From an uncultured Acidobacteriota bacterium (lineage in GTDB: Bacteria; Acidobacteriota; UBA6911; RPQK01), in assembly GCA_963744645.1 (NCBI GenBank), contig CAVUUN010000014.1:450110-514109 (forward strand): a DNA stretch of 64,000 nt, given 5' to 3'. Below, piece by piece: positions 1-11,262 of this stretch; within the stretch, counting starts at the first letter, position 1, and each line of letters opens with the position of its first letter. The notes beneath the pieces are model-generated. The model was not told where the DNA came from, ran no database searches, and saw only the letters and a program-made list of their open reading frames with translations. The position numbers and the translations under genes were made by a program.

Positions 1-29
1 TTGTACCATGCCAGCACCTTTGCGGGGAG

Positions 30-110
30 TTTCGGGGACATAATACTTAATTCCCCCACCGTTACCGCTACCTTCCCGTCGCAGAGGAATTAAGTTTTGT
101 GTCCCCGAAA
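30..110. repeat. MITE-like element copy 1, AT-rich 25-bp terminal inverted repeats (TTTCGGGGACATAATACTTAATTCC ... GGAATTAAGTTTTGTGTCCCCGAAA)
   Basis: Near-perfect inverted termini read directly in the sequence. The same termini recur at 24699-24780 and 37858-37939, with a degenerate copy at 6579-6665. It is AT-rich against a GC-rich background. Confidence 0.7.
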
Positions 111-148
111 CTCCCTCGTAAGCCGCGCGAATGCGATAATGGTGCGAA

Positions 149-1228
149 ATGCAAAGCGTCGACCAGGTTCTGAAAAAGGTGTATTCGGAGGAACGGTTGT
201 CACCCGCTGAAGGCGTCGATTTACTGCGCTCAAACCAGCTTCAGGAGATCGGGCGCGCGGCCGATTTCGTGCGTCGACGCAAACACTCGGATGGGGTGGT
301 TTCATTCCTGATCGACCGCAACGTCAATTACACGAACGTCTGCGTCGCCCGCTGCAACTTCTGCAATTTCTACCGGCGGCCAAAAGACTCCGAGGGGTAT
401 GTCCTGCGCTTGGAAGAGATTTTCCAGAAGATCGAAGAGACGATAGCGCTGGGTGGAACCGGGTTACTCATGCAGGGCGGCATGAACCCGGCTCTCAAGA
501 TAGATTTTTACGAGAACCTGCTTCGTGCGATTCGCGAGCGCTACTCGATTCACCTGCATTGCTTTTCGCCTCCTGAAATCGTGGTTCTGGCGAAATTGAG
601 CAAAATCAGTCTCCGCGAAACAATCCGTCGTCTCCGGGAGGCCGGGTTGGATTCGATTCCGGGAGGTGGCGCCGAGATTCTTGTTGACCGCCTTCGCAAG
701 CTCAACAGCCCCGGCAAATGTTCCTCGCACGATTGGCTGGAAGTCATGCGGATCGCGCACCAGGAGGGGATGGCGACGACCGCGACGATGATGATCGGCG
801 GAGGCGAAACCCTCGAGGAGCGGATCGAGCACCTCCACCGACTGCGCGAGTTGCAGGACCAGACCGGCGGTTTCGTCGCCTTCATCCCCTGGAATGTCCA
901 GCTCGAGGGCACCCGAATGCAGGAAACGATCGAGAAGGAGGTTTCGGCTGTCGAGTACCTGTTGCTTCTAGCCGTCAGCCGCATCTACCTCGACAATTTC
1001 CAGAATCTCCAGGTCTCTTGGCTCACTCAGGGACTTCAGATCGGTCAGGTCGCTCTCCATTTCGGCGCGAACGACGTCGGCAGCATCATGATCGAAGAGA
1101 ACGTTATCAGCACCGCCGGCGCTCACTACAGCGCGACTCGCGAGGATTTGTTGCGACTGATCAGGCAAGCGGGATTTACGCCCGCCCAGCGCGACACGCT
1201 CTACCGCACTTTCCGGAAGATCGCCTGA
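149..1228 (+). CDS. radical SAM enzyme of the MqnC/MqnE (futalosine-pathway menaquinone) / CofH family
   Basis: 359 aa with a CxxxCxxC cluster (CVARCNFCNFY). Length and motif spacing are typical of MqnC/MqnE-type radical SAM enzymes. MqnC cannot be separated from MqnE by eye. Confidence 0.65.
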   Translation: MQSVDQVLKKVYSEERLSPAEGVDLLRSNQLQEIGRAADFVRRRKHSDGVVSFLIDRNVNYTNVCVARCNFCNFYRRPKDSEGYVLRLEEIFQKIEETIALGGTGLLMQGGMNPALKIDFYENLLRAIRERYSIHLHCFSPPEIVVLAKLSKISLRETIRRLREAGLDSIPGGGAEILVDRLRKLNSPGKCSSHDWLEVMRIAHQEGMATTATMMIGGGETLEERIEHLHRLRELQDQTGGFVAFIPWNVQLEGTRMQETIEKEVSAVEYLLLLAVSRIYLDNFQNLQVSWLTQGLQIGQVALHFGANDVGSIMIEENVISTAGAHYSATREDLLRLIRQAGFTPAQRDTLYRTFRKIA

Positions 1229-1229
1229 C

Positions 1230-1270
1230 GGAATGGGGAATGCGGAATGGGGAATGCGGAATGCGGAATC
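1230..1270. repeat. heptamer tandem array GAATGSG x~5.5, immediately after the stop codon
   Basis: ggaatggg gaatgcg gaatggg gaatgcg gaatgcg read directly. Related array at 59805-59848. Confidence 0.8.
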
Positions 1271-1301
1271 AGAGCCACACTCCCTGGTTGCTCTAGGCGA
1301 T

Positions 1302-1422
1302 AATCCGCGCACTTCGCTGAAAGGCGCTGCGTTTGCGGTTCTGTTCAGCTCGCCGACCCTTTTGGCACTGCCGAGTCGTGCAGAACCGCAAGCGGAGCGA
1401 TTTCCAGCGAAGTGCGCGGATT
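1302..1422. repeat. ~120-bp imperfect inverted repeat (REP-like), family B copy 1
   Basis: Left arm AATCCGCGCACTTCGCTG...GCGTTTGCGGTTCTG pairs with right arm CAGAACCGCAAGCGG...CAGCGAAGTGCGCGGATT. The cores GAAGTGCGCGGATT and GCGTTTGCGGTTCTG are shared with 59868-59994. Confidence 0.75.
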
Positions 1423-1482
1423 CTCACCGAAAGTTTTTCTGCCCGCCCTTGAAGACCGGCCCCTAGTCAGCTGGTCAGCCGC

Positions 1483-2055
1483 TCAGCTTTTCACGAAACC
1501 CACGGGTCTCTCGGCCTTGATGATTTGCTGGACCTTCCTGAATTCGGGTGCCTCGGCCGTCCGCAGGAGCTCGAACAGGAGCATTTCGGTGCTGCTTACT
1601 CCCACTCCCAGCCGCGCAAGCCGCTCAAGCGCAATCTGCTTGTTTTCGACGGACCGGGAGGAAACCGCATCCGCGATGACCTCGACCCGGAACCCGTGGT
1701 CGAGAAGGTCGCGAGCCGTCTGGTACACGCAAACATGGGCCTCGATTCCCACCAGGATCGCTTCCCGACGTCCGCTTTCTTCCAGCTTCTCGAGAAAGGC
1801 AGGGTTGCCGCAACAACTGAACGAAAGTTTGGACCAGGGCTCGCAGCTCAGTCTGAGGAGTTCGTCCAATTCCGGGATCGTTCTGCCCAGTTTCTCGGGG
1901 TTCTGCTCATTCCAGAGAACCGGGATCTTCATTATCTGCGCGCCTGAAATCACCTTTCGGAGGTTGACGAAGAGGCTTTCCTTATCGTTCATAAGTTGAG
2001 CCAATTTGCCCTGCACGTCGACCACAATTAGTGTGGCGTTGTCTCGGCTAAGCAT
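1483..2055 (-). CDS. isochorismatase-family (cysteine) hydrolase
   Basis: MLSRDNATLIVVDVQ... N-terminus and a ~190-aa length are typical of isochorismatase-like hydrolases. The ORF extends to 2190, but the ATG at 2055 gives the canonical N-terminus. Confidence 0.65.
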   Translation of the reverse strand: MLSRDNATLIVVDVQGKLAQLMNDKESLFVNLRKVISGAQIMKIPVLWNEQNPEKLGRTIPELDELLRLSCEPWSKLSFSCCGNPAFLEKLEESGRREAILVGIEAHVCVYQTARDLLDHGFRVEVIADAVSSRSVENKQIALERLARLGVGVSSTEMLLFELLRTAEAPEFRKVQQIIKAERPVGFVKS

Positions 2056-2189
2056 AGTTCGACCATAACCGATTGCCCTTTGTGCGGCAAGCTCCAACCC
2101 GCCGGTCTTCCCGAAACCTCGGACCCTGCCCGAGCGTATTCTGATCAAACGCTCGATTTGAGTTTCACGACGAATCAGGAGAGATACCA

Positions 2190-2777
2190 ATGAGTTTGCG
2201 CAAATTCGTTTGTTTGTCGGTGATCTGTGTCGCCACCGGCTTCATGCTGCAGGCGGCGGTGAAGGTAGGGGATAAAGTCGATCCTTTCTCGCTCGTCGAC
2301 GTGAGAACGGGTCAGGAAGTGGCTCTCACCAAGCTCGCCGGGCCAAAAGGGGTCGCGGTGATCTTCATATCGACGCAGTGCCCCTACTCCAACGCCTTCA
2401 ACGGCGTGATGGCAGGCGTGGCCAGGGATTACAAGTCGCGTGGGATTAACGTGGTGGGAGTCAACTCGAACAGCACCGAGGCTGCCGATACCGTCAAACA
2501 GCACGCGGAGGTCAAAGGCCTGGATTTTGCCGTGCTGAAAGACAATGGCTCGGCCGTCGCGGACAAGCTCGGCGCTCAGCATACGCCCGAAGTCTTCCTG
2601 CTCGATAAAGACCTGGTGGTCAGGTACCACGGCTCCGTCGGAAACAGCAAGTTGCCGACGACAAAACCGGAACAGGCGAAGGCCGACGACCTCCAGCCGG
2701 CTCTCGACGCGGTCCTGACCGGTAAGCCGGTCGCGGTGCCGGAAACGAAGTCCTTTGGATGCGCGATCAAGAGGTAA
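2190..2777 (+). CDS. secreted thioredoxin-fold protein (redoxin/AhpC-TSA-like, CPYS variant)
   Basis: N-terminal signal peptide. The thioredoxin-fold region has CPYS in place of CxxC. Confidence 0.5.
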   Translation: MSLRKFVCLSVICVATGFMLQAAVKVGDKVDPFSLVDVRTGQEVALTKLAGPKGVAVIFISTQCPYSNAFNGVMAGVARDYKSRGINVVGVNSNSTEAADTVKQHAEVKGLDFAVLKDNGSAVADKLGAQHTPEVFLLDKDLVVRYHGSVGNSKLPTTKPEQAKADDLQPALDAVLTGKPVAVPETKSFGCAIKR

Positions 2778-2779
2778 CG

Positions 2780-3256
2780 ATGGGTCTGATCCGAATAATA
2801 GTGGTTGTCGCGCTCTTGACTCACCCGCTGCTCATGGCGGCGTCGCTTCCGACGTTGAACGAGGACCAGGTGGCGGGCCTGGTTAAACAGCACCGGGGCA
2901 AGGTCGTGGTTTTTAATTTCTGGGCCACGTGGTGCGGCCCCTGCCGGGAAGAGTTTCCTGACCTGGTCAGGCTCTACAACGAGAACAAGGACCGCCTGGT
3001 GCTGGTGTCTGTCTCCATGGACGAGGCTGAGGATTCGGCACAGGTGCTCGCGTACCTCGAAGAGCAGAAGGCCGCGTTCCCCGCCTACCTCAAGAACTTC
3101 AAGGATTTCCAGAGATTTGTGAATGCCGTCGACCCGCAGTGGGGCGGCGGAATCCCTGCGACCGTCGTCTTCGACCGGGCGGGTAAGCGCGTGTACGGCC
3201 ACGAGGGCAAGCTGCGCTACAACGAGCTCAAGAAGATCATCGACGCGCAGAAATAA
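2780..3256 (+). CDS. TlpA/ResA-family thiol-disulfide oxidoreductase
   Basis: WCGPC active site (FWATWCGPCREEF) with a hydrophobic N-terminus. The ORF begins at 2759; the ATG at 2780 is the likely start. Confidence 0.75.
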   Translation: MGLIRIIVVVALLTHPLLMAASLPTLNEDQVAGLVKQHRGKVVVFNFWATWCGPCREEFPDLVRLYNENKDRLVLVSVSMDEAEDSAQVLAYLEEQKAAFPAYLKNFKDFQRFVNAVDPQWGGGIPATVVFDRAGKRVYGHEGKLRYNELKKIIDAQK

Positions 3257-3276
3257 GGACGCGAAAGGCGGCAAGA

Positions 3277-3407
3277 GGCGCAAAGGCATTCACGCAAGAG
3301 ACGCAAAAGGCGCGAGAGAAACGCAAAAGAGAAGCAAAGGACAGACCCGCCTTCCTCTTGCGTTTCTCTCGCGTCTTTTGCGTCTCTTGCGTGAATGCCT
3401 TTGCGCC
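3277..3407. repeat. 131-bp near-perfect hairpin (50-bp arms with 1 mismatch, 31-nt loop) between tlpA-like and argR
   Basis: GGCGCAAAGGCATTCACGCAAGAGACGCAAAAGGCGCGAGAGAAACGCAA ... TTGCGTTTCTCTCGCGTCTTTTGCGTCTCTTGCGTGAATGCCTTTGCGCC read directly. Confidence 0.85.
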
Positions 3408-3487
3408 CATTGCCCCCTCTTGCGCCCCGCCTCCCCACATTCCCCTTGACTTGCTCTCCCCCCTGTATGACCATACACAGTTCCCGT

Positions 3488-3913
3488 ATGGACAAAGAGA
3501 AAAGGCATAAAGCAATTCTCCAAATTCTCACGCATGAAAAGGTGACCAGCCAGGAGCGGTTGCGTAAAAAGCTCGTCAAATCAGGGTTTGACGTGACTCA
3601 GGCCACTCTCTCCCGGGATTTGCGGGAACTGAACGTCATCAAGACGGCGGGCGGCGACGGATCGTATAAGTATACAGTGATGGATCGCTGGATGGGTCTG
3701 CCGATTCGCCGATGCGAGGTCAGCGGGAACCTTTTGGTGGTCTGCACCGATGCGGGAATGGCCCCCGGTGTCGCCTACAAAATCGACGAGTTGAATATCC
3801 CGGGAGTGCTCGGGACTGTTGCGGGTGAAGACACGCTCCTGGTCGTAGTGGGAGAGGATTTCGACGCGCGCGGTGTGAGGAAAGAACTATGGAACAGAGC
3901 AGCCGAACTGTGA
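3488..3913 (+). CDS. argR: arginine repressor
   Basis: MDKEKRHKAILQIL...SQERL...TQATLSRDL winged-helix N-domain plus a C-terminal oligomerisation domain. Sits upstream of argG/argH/argF. Confidence 0.85.
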   Translation: MDKEKRHKAILQILTHEKVTSQERLRKKLVKSGFDVTQATLSRDLRELNVIKTAGGDGSYKYTVMDRWMGLPIRRCEVSGNLLVVCTDAGMAPGVAYKIDELNIPGVLGTVAGEDTLLVVVGEDFDARGVRKELWNRAAEL

Positions 3914-5124
3914 CGAAGATAGTGCTGGCGTATTCCGGGGGGCTCGATACCTCGGTCATGCTTCATTGGCTGAAAGCGAAGTATGGATGTCCGGTCATCG
4001 CCTTTGTGGCGGACGTCGGGCAGGGCGAAGATCTTGCCGCGGTCGAGCGGAAGGCTTACCAGACGGGGGCGGACACCGTTGTCATCTCCGATCTGAGGAC
4101 CGAGTTTACCCGGGACTTCGTGTTCCCGGCCGTTCAGGCCCACGCCCTCTACGAGGGGGAGTACCTGATGGGGACTTCCCTGGCCCGGCCGATCATCGCG
4201 AAGGAACAGGTGCGTGTGGCGCTGGCTCACGGAGCGGACTGCGTCGCTCACGGGGCAACCGGGAAGGGAAACGACCAGGTTCGATTCGAGCTGACGTACC
4301 AGTCCCTGGCGCCGCAGTTGAAAATACTCGCCCCGTGGAGGAGTTGGGAATTCGGCGGTCGCACGGAACTGATCCAGTATTCCCACGATAACGGTATTCC
4401 GGTCACCTCCACCGCCGAAAAGCCGTACAGCATCGACCAGAACATCATGCACACCTCCTATGAAGGGGGAATTCTCGAAGATCCCTGGTCCTCTGCGCCC
4501 GAGCACATCTTTCTGAGGACTGTCTCGCCACAACAGGCACCGGATCGGGTTACAGAAGTCCTGATCGCCTTCGAGAAGGGTGTTCCGGTCGCAATCAACG
4601 GCCGGCCCCTGGAGCCCTTGCCGCTTCTCGAGGAATTGAACCGGCTTGGCGGCGAGAACGGCGTCGGCAGGGTCGACCTCGTTGAAAACCGGATGGTCGG
4701 TATGAAATCGCGGGGAGTCTATGAGACGCCCGGCGCGACTATCCTGCACAAAGCCCATCGCGCAATGGAATCGCTGACGCTGGATCGGGAGGTTGCTCAC
4801 TTCAAGGACACTCTTGTCCCGAAGATCGCCGAGTTGATTTACTACGGTTTCTGGTTCTCGCCAGAGATGGAATTGCTCCTTGGCATGATCCGTGCCACCC
4901 AGGAGAACGTGACAGGAGAGGTGAGACTCAATCTATACAAGGGAACCTGTTCGGTGGCCGGTCGTCGCTCGCCTTTCAGCCTGTACGATTCTTCGTACGC
5001 GACCTTCGAAAGGGACGTCGTCTATTCTCAGGCCGACGCTGAAGGGTTTATCAGGCTCCAGGGTCTGCGGCTGAGGATCGCTTCGGCCAAGGGATTTCGC
5101 CGGCCCGGAATGACGATTGAGTAA
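3910..5124 (+). CDS. argG: argininosuccinate synthase
   Basis: KIVLAYSGGLDTS PP-loop N-terminus and full-length similarity. The GTG start at 3910 overlaps the argR stop (GTGA). The ORF track starts at 3889. Confidence 0.9.
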   Translation: MTKIVLAYSGGLDTSVMLHWLKAKYGCPVIAFVADVGQGEDLAAVERKAYQTGADTVVISDLRTEFTRDFVFPAVQAHALYEGEYLMGTSLARPIIAKEQVRVALAHGADCVAHGATGKGNDQVRFELTYQSLAPQLKILAPWRSWEFGGRTELIQYSHDNGIPVTSTAEKPYSIDQNIMHTSYEGGILEDPWSSAPEHIFLRTVSPQQAPDRVTEVLIAFEKGVPVAINGRPLEPLPLLEELNRLGGENGVGRVDLVENRMVGMKSRGVYETPGATILHKAHRAMESLTLDREVAHFKDTLVPKIAELIYYGFWFSPEMELLLGMIRATQENVTGEVRLNLYKGTCSVAGRRSPFSLYDSSYATFERDVVYSQADAEGFIRLQGLRLRIASAKGFRRPGMTIE

Positions 5125-5132
5125 GGCAGGCC

Positions 5133-6596
5133 ATGACCAAGCAGCGTTCACCCGTTAAGAAACCCTGGGGAGGCAGATTCAAAGATGCCCTTGATCCCCT
5201 GGTGCGCCAATACACCGCGTCTCTGCATCTGGACCGTCAGCTGGCGACCTATGACCTGCGCGGCAGCCGGGCGCACGTTTCCATGCTCGCCAAGCAAGGC
5301 ATAATCTCGGAGAAAGAGGCGGACCGCATCCTGACTGGCCTCAATGTCATCGAGAAAGAAATCGCAAAAGGGGAGTTCCCGTACCGCGAGGATCTCGAAG
5401 ACATCCACATGAACATCGAGACCCGCCTCCAGGAGCTGGTAGGAGAGGCGGGTAAGAAGATCCACACCGGCCGGAGCCGCAATGATCAGGTTGCCCTTGA
5501 TCTGAAGCTGTTCTGCCTGGACGTGGCACGCGACTGGCAGGGGAACCTCCTCGAGCTCCAAACCAGCCTGCGCGACAGGGCCAGGCAGGCCGGGTCCCAG
5601 CTGTTTCCCGGATGGACGCACCTTCAGGCCGCTCAACCTCTTGGCTGGGCGCACTACCTGATGGCGTTCATGGAGATGTTTTGCCGGGATTACCGTCGTC
5701 TGGACTCCTACGCCGAGTTGCACTCAGTCTGCCCGCTGGGGGCCGGCGCGCTATCGGGCAGCACGCTTCCTCTGGATCCCGAAGAGAGCGCCCGCCAGTT
5801 GCACTTCAAGACCTGCTTCGGGAACAGCTACGACGTCGTCGGTGATCGCGATTTCATCCTCGAGCTTCTCCAGATCGCCAGTCAGTCGATGATTCATGCC
5901 AGCCGGCTCGCCGAAGACTTCATTTACATGTCGAGCACGCCGGTCGGCTGGATCGAGTTGCCTGATTCCCTGTGCACGGGAAGCAGCATGATGCCGCAGA
6001 AGAAGAACCCGGATGTGCTCGAGCTGACCCGGGGGAAGACGGCGCTGGTCCTTGGTCACGCGTCCGGGCTTGCGACCCTGTTGAAGGGTCTCCCGTCCTC
6101 ATATAACCGGGATCTGCAACAGGACAAGGAGCACCTGTTCCACGCGGTGGCGACGACGACCGAAACCCTTGGCATTCTCCCTCTGGTAATCGCCGGATTT
6201 CAGATCCGAAGCGACAAGACGGCGTCGGGACTCAAGCAGGGGTTCCTGATGGCCACGGACCTGGCCGAGTACCTTGTCCGGCGCGGCGTGGCTTTTCGCT
6301 CCGCTCACGAAAAAGTAGGGAAACTGGTGGGTCAGTGCCTGGCTGAGGGCATCGGCCTCGAAGACCTTTCTACAGCGAGGATTAAAGAACTGATTCCGGA
6401 GTGTGACGAAGACGTCTCCGAAGTGCTTTCACCAGAGGGGACGCTTAGTCGCCGAACGCATAAAGGCAGCGCCGGTCTCCAGTCGATCAACGACCAACTG
6501 GCTTTCTGGGACCGGTGGATCGACTCCGAAACGCATCGTTTCACGGAGCCCAGTCGCAGCGGAGTCTCAGGGGAGTTTCGGGGAGAGAATATTTAA
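5133..6596 (+). CDS. argH: argininosuccinate lyase
   Basis: WGGRF N-terminus and fumarate-lyase family signature. The C-terminal 11 codons and the stop lie inside the degenerate MITE copy at 6579-6665. Confidence 0.9.
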   Translation: MTKQRSPVKKPWGGRFKDALDPLVRQYTASLHLDRQLATYDLRGSRAHVSMLAKQGIISEKEADRILTGLNVIEKEIAKGEFPYREDLEDIHMNIETRLQELVGEAGKKIHTGRSRNDQVALDLKLFCLDVARDWQGNLLELQTSLRDRARQAGSQLFPGWTHLQAAQPLGWAHYLMAFMEMFCRDYRRLDSYAELHSVCPLGAGALSGSTLPLDPEESARQLHFKTCFGNSYDVVGDRDFILELLQIASQSMIHASRLAEDFIYMSSTPVGWIELPDSLCTGSSMMPQKKNPDVLELTRGKTALVLGHASGLATLLKGLPSSYNRDLQQDKEHLFHAVATTTETLGILPLVIAGFQIRSDKTASGLKQGFLMATDLAEYLVRRGVAFRSAHEKVGKLVGQCLAEGIGLEDLSTARIKELIPECDEDVSEVLSPEGTLSRRTHKGSAGLQSINDQLAFWDRWIDSETHRFTEPSRSGVSGEFRGENI

Positions 6597-6665
6597 TTCC
6601 CACCCCTTTGCCGGGCCGCCCCGTCGAAGGGAATTGAGCGTTTGGTCAGCGAAATCCCCCAAAAC
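6579..6665. repeat. degenerate MITE-like copy overlapping the argH 3' end
   Basis: GGGGAGTTTCGGGGAGAGAATATTTAATTCCC ... GGGAATTGAGCGTTTGG resembles the termini of the 30-110 element. Confidence 0.5.
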
Positions 6666-6690
6666 TCGGGACGAGAAAACCAACAAGACG

Positions 6691-7668
6691 ATGAAAAACT
6701 CAGGACCTCTGACTGACTTGATCTCTTTGAAGACCTTGACCTCGCTGCAGTGGAAGCAGTTGCTGCGGATCAGCGAGGAGGTCAAACGCCATCCCGCCAA
6801 CTTCCGGCAGATGCTGCCCGGCAGGAGCATCGTCATGGTTTTCGAGAAGGCCTCGTTGCGCACCCGGCTCACTTTCGAGTTGGGAATCAAGCAGCTTGGC
6901 GGAGACGCCGTCTATCTCGATTACCAGGAAGCAAAACTGGGGGGCAGGGAGGCGCTTGTCGACGTCGCGAAGAACATGGAGCGCTGGTTCCACTGTATCG
7001 TCGCCCGAACCTTTTTGCACTCGACGGTCGTCTCGTTGGCCGAACACGCCAGCATCCCGGTCATCAACGCGCTGACGGACGAGGAACATCCCTGCCAGGC
7101 ACTGGCGGATCTGTTCACCCTCGTTGAGAAGTGGAGCGACCCGGCCGGCAGAACCATTGCCTTCGTGGGCGACGGCAACAACGTGTGCGCGTCGCTGATC
7201 CATGCCGCCGCCCTGTGCGGGATGTCCTTCGTGGCCGTCACCCCGGCTTCGCACAAACCCTATGCGGCAGCCGCCGAGGATTTCAAACGGCTCAGCGTGA
7301 ATGAGAATGCCCGCTATTCCTGGACCGAGAGTCTGGCCGACCTGAAGGGCGCAGACGCCGTGTACACTGACACTTGGGTCAGCATGGGCCAGGAAGAAGA
7401 ATCCCGGCTGCGCATGGAGATCTTTGCGCCCTACCAGGTGACCCCGGAAGTGATGGGGCTGACGGGGAAGACGTCCTATTTCATGCATTGCCTCCCCGCG
7501 CACCGGAATCACGAAGTGACCGACTCGGTCATGGATTCCCCGTCATCCCTGGTCTTCGAGCAGGCCGAGAACCGCCTGCACGTCCAGAAAGCCCTGATGC
7601 TCTACCTGCTGGCGCCCCGTGAGGTCGAGCGTTATCTCCATCTCGACAAGTGGGCGGCTTGGGGCTGA
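6691..7668 (+). CDS. argF: ornithine carbamoyltransferase
   Basis: STRTRLTFE-type carbamoyl-phosphate motif, HCLP motif and DxxxSMG. ATG at 6691; the ORF track starts earlier, at 6403. Confidence 0.85.
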   Translation: MKNSGPLTDLISLKTLTSLQWKQLLRISEEVKRHPANFRQMLPGRSIVMVFEKASLRTRLTFELGIKQLGGDAVYLDYQEAKLGGREALVDVAKNMERWFHCIVARTFLHSTVVSLAEHASIPVINALTDEEHPCQALADLFTLVEKWSDPAGRTIAFVGDGNNVCASLIHAAALCGMSFVAVTPASHKPYAAAAEDFKRLSVNENARYSWTESLADLKGADAVYTDTWVSMGQEEESRLRMEIFAPYQVTPEVMGLTGKTSYFMHCLPAHRNHEVTDSVMDSPSSLVFEQAENRLHVQKALMLYLLAPREVERYLHLDKWAAWG

Positions 7669-7674
7669 TGCGCA

Positions 7675-7703
7675 TTGACAGCGGCAGCCGCAAGTGTTAC
7701 TTT
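7675..7703 (+). promoter_or_regulatory. candidate sigma70-like promoter for metK (TTGACA-17-TACTTT)
   Basis: -35 TTGACA at 7675-7680, a 17-nt spacer and a weak -10 TACTTT. The leader is too short for a SAM riboswitch. Confidence 0.3.
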
Positions 7704-7754
7704 TTTCATTTTCTTTAGCCCCAGAATGCTTCTAGGGAGCTGATAAGGAGGAGT

Positions 7755-10186
<2,432 letters not shown>

Positions 10187-10189
10187 AAA

Positions 10190-10290
10190 ACACGGACTAA
10201 CACGGACGACACGGACTGACACGGACGTCTAGCGGCGCTCCGTTTCGGTCCGTGGCCGCCCGTGTCTCATGTTCGTGCTCGTCCGTGCTA
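10190..10290. repeat. tandem ACACGGAC-type units x4 followed by inverted GTCCGTG copies
   Basis: cacggactaacacggacgacacggactgacacggac ... ggtccgtgg ... gtccgtg read directly between ahcY and the rhomboid gene. Confidence 0.8.
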
Positions 10291-10302
10291 TCATTTCTGT
10301 AC

Positions 10303-11043
10303 ATGCGTTACGGCTCTCAGGTTGCCATCGGTCCGTCGCTCACACCGACCGTAAAGATCATCATCCTCGCCAATTGCGCGATCTTTGTCCTCCAGCAGAT
10401 CTTTGGCCCGGTCGTAATTCGGCTTTTCGGCCTGACTCCTGCCCTCGTGCTTTTCGGGCTGTACATCTGGCAGCCCTTCACGTACCTGTTTCTCCACGCC
10501 GGGCTTGGGCATATCCTGTTCAACATGCTGGGGCTCTGGATGTTCGGCTCAGACCTGGAACGTCACTGGGGGAGCAGCCGTTTCCTGCGGTTCTTCTTCT
10601 TTACCGGGGCTGGCGCGGGAGTCTTGTCGGTGCTGGTCCATCCGTACTCCACCGTTCCGACTATCGGAGCGAGCGGCGCGGTTTATGGCATCCTGATGGC
10701 CTTCGCACTGCTCTTTCCCGACCGCATCATCTTCCTGGCATTCCTCCCGCCCATCCGGGTGAAGTACCTGGTGATGATCATGGGGTTCATAGCCTTCGTC
10801 CTCGCGATCGGTCAATCCGGGACGCCGATCGATAACATCGCTCATCTTGGCGGGATGGCCTTTGCTTTCCTGTATGTGAAAGGCTGGGTGTCGCCCGCGT
10901 CCATCCGCGAAAGCATCTTCCGGTGGCGGATGAAACGCCTGCAGCGGCGCTTCAAGGTGTACGAGGGACAACGCGACAAGCCGCGCCCGCGCACTGCGCC
11001 TCGACCGCGAAAAGCCCGCGACGATGATTTCTGGATCAACTGA
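10303..11043 (+). CDS. rhomboid-family intramembrane serine protease
   Basis: Multi-TM protein with a GASGAVYG serine motif and a catalytic His in a C-terminal TM segment (AHLGGM). Confidence 0.8.
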   Translation: MRYGSQVAIGPSLTPTVKIIILANCAIFVLQQIFGPVVIRLFGLTPALVLFGLYIWQPFTYLFLHAGLGHILFNMLGLWMFGSDLERHWGSSRFLRFFFFTGAGAGVLSVLVHPYSTVPTIGASGAVYGILMAFALLFPDRIIFLAFLPPIRVKYLVMIMGFIAFVLAIGQSGTPIDNIAHLGGMAFAFLYVKGWVSPASIRESIFRWRMKRLQRRFKVYEGQRDKPRPRTAPRPRKARDDDFWIN

Positions 11044-11045
11044 GA

Positions 11046-11200
11046 GCTGCGCACTGCGCACTGCGGACTGCGCGACTGCGAACTGCGAACTGCGAACTGC
11101 GCACTGCGAACTGCGAACTGCGCACTGCGCACTGCGGACTGCGTGCACTGCGGACTGCGCCTGAGAACTACCAACTGCGCACTGCCGGCTGCCGGCTGCC
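11046..11200. repeat. heptamer tandem array CGNACTG x~16 plus GCCGGCT repeats
   Basis: cgcactg cgcactg cggactg cgcgactg cgaactg ... read directly. The ORFs 10549..11238(-) and 10842..11207(-) are artefacts of this array. Confidence 0.9.
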
Positions 11201-11262
11201 TTTGCAATCCGTCCCCCGCCTGGATTAAAATTCACCAAAAAGATAGGAATAGTAAGTCTAAA

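Noticed and set aside
464-1312. Overlapping and antisense ORFs inside the MqnC/E-like gene (464..838-, 550..984-, 718..1296+, 968..1312-)
   Set aside because: They are embedded in a well-supported CDS, have low-complexity Arg/Pro/Gly-rich translations typical of off-frame GC-rich DNA, and no independent motifs. The same holds for antisense ORFs opposite metK (7845..8912), ahcY (9152..9814), asnB-like (35500..36282), GNAT-BKACE (29171..30322), M14 (41166..42302), mutS (23256..24170) and others.
3123-3579. Several 80-120-aa ORFs on both strands over the tlpA-argR intergenic hairpin
   Set aside because: They lie within a 131-bp perfect inverted repeat and its flanks. Translations are Arg/Lys/Glu low-complexity mirror images of each other.
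7669-7754. SAM riboswitch upstream of metK
   Set aside because: The leader is only ~85 nt and lacks the conserved SAM-I/II helices. Only a weak promoter-like hexamer pair and a ribosome-binding site are seen.
11046-11200. Possible CRISPR array. Tandem short repeats here and at 1230, 10190, 14078, 17265, 24784, 36566, 51386 and 59805.
   Set aside because: The units are 7 nt and directly abutting, with no unique spacers of 25-40 nt. There are no cas genes in the window. These are micro-/minisatellite-type arrays, not CRISPR.
10549-11238. 229-aa and 121-aa minus-strand ORFs with repetitive AVRSAQ translations
   Set aside because: They are produced by reading through the CGNACTG heptamer array, and the rhomboid gene on the opposite strand accounts for the rest.
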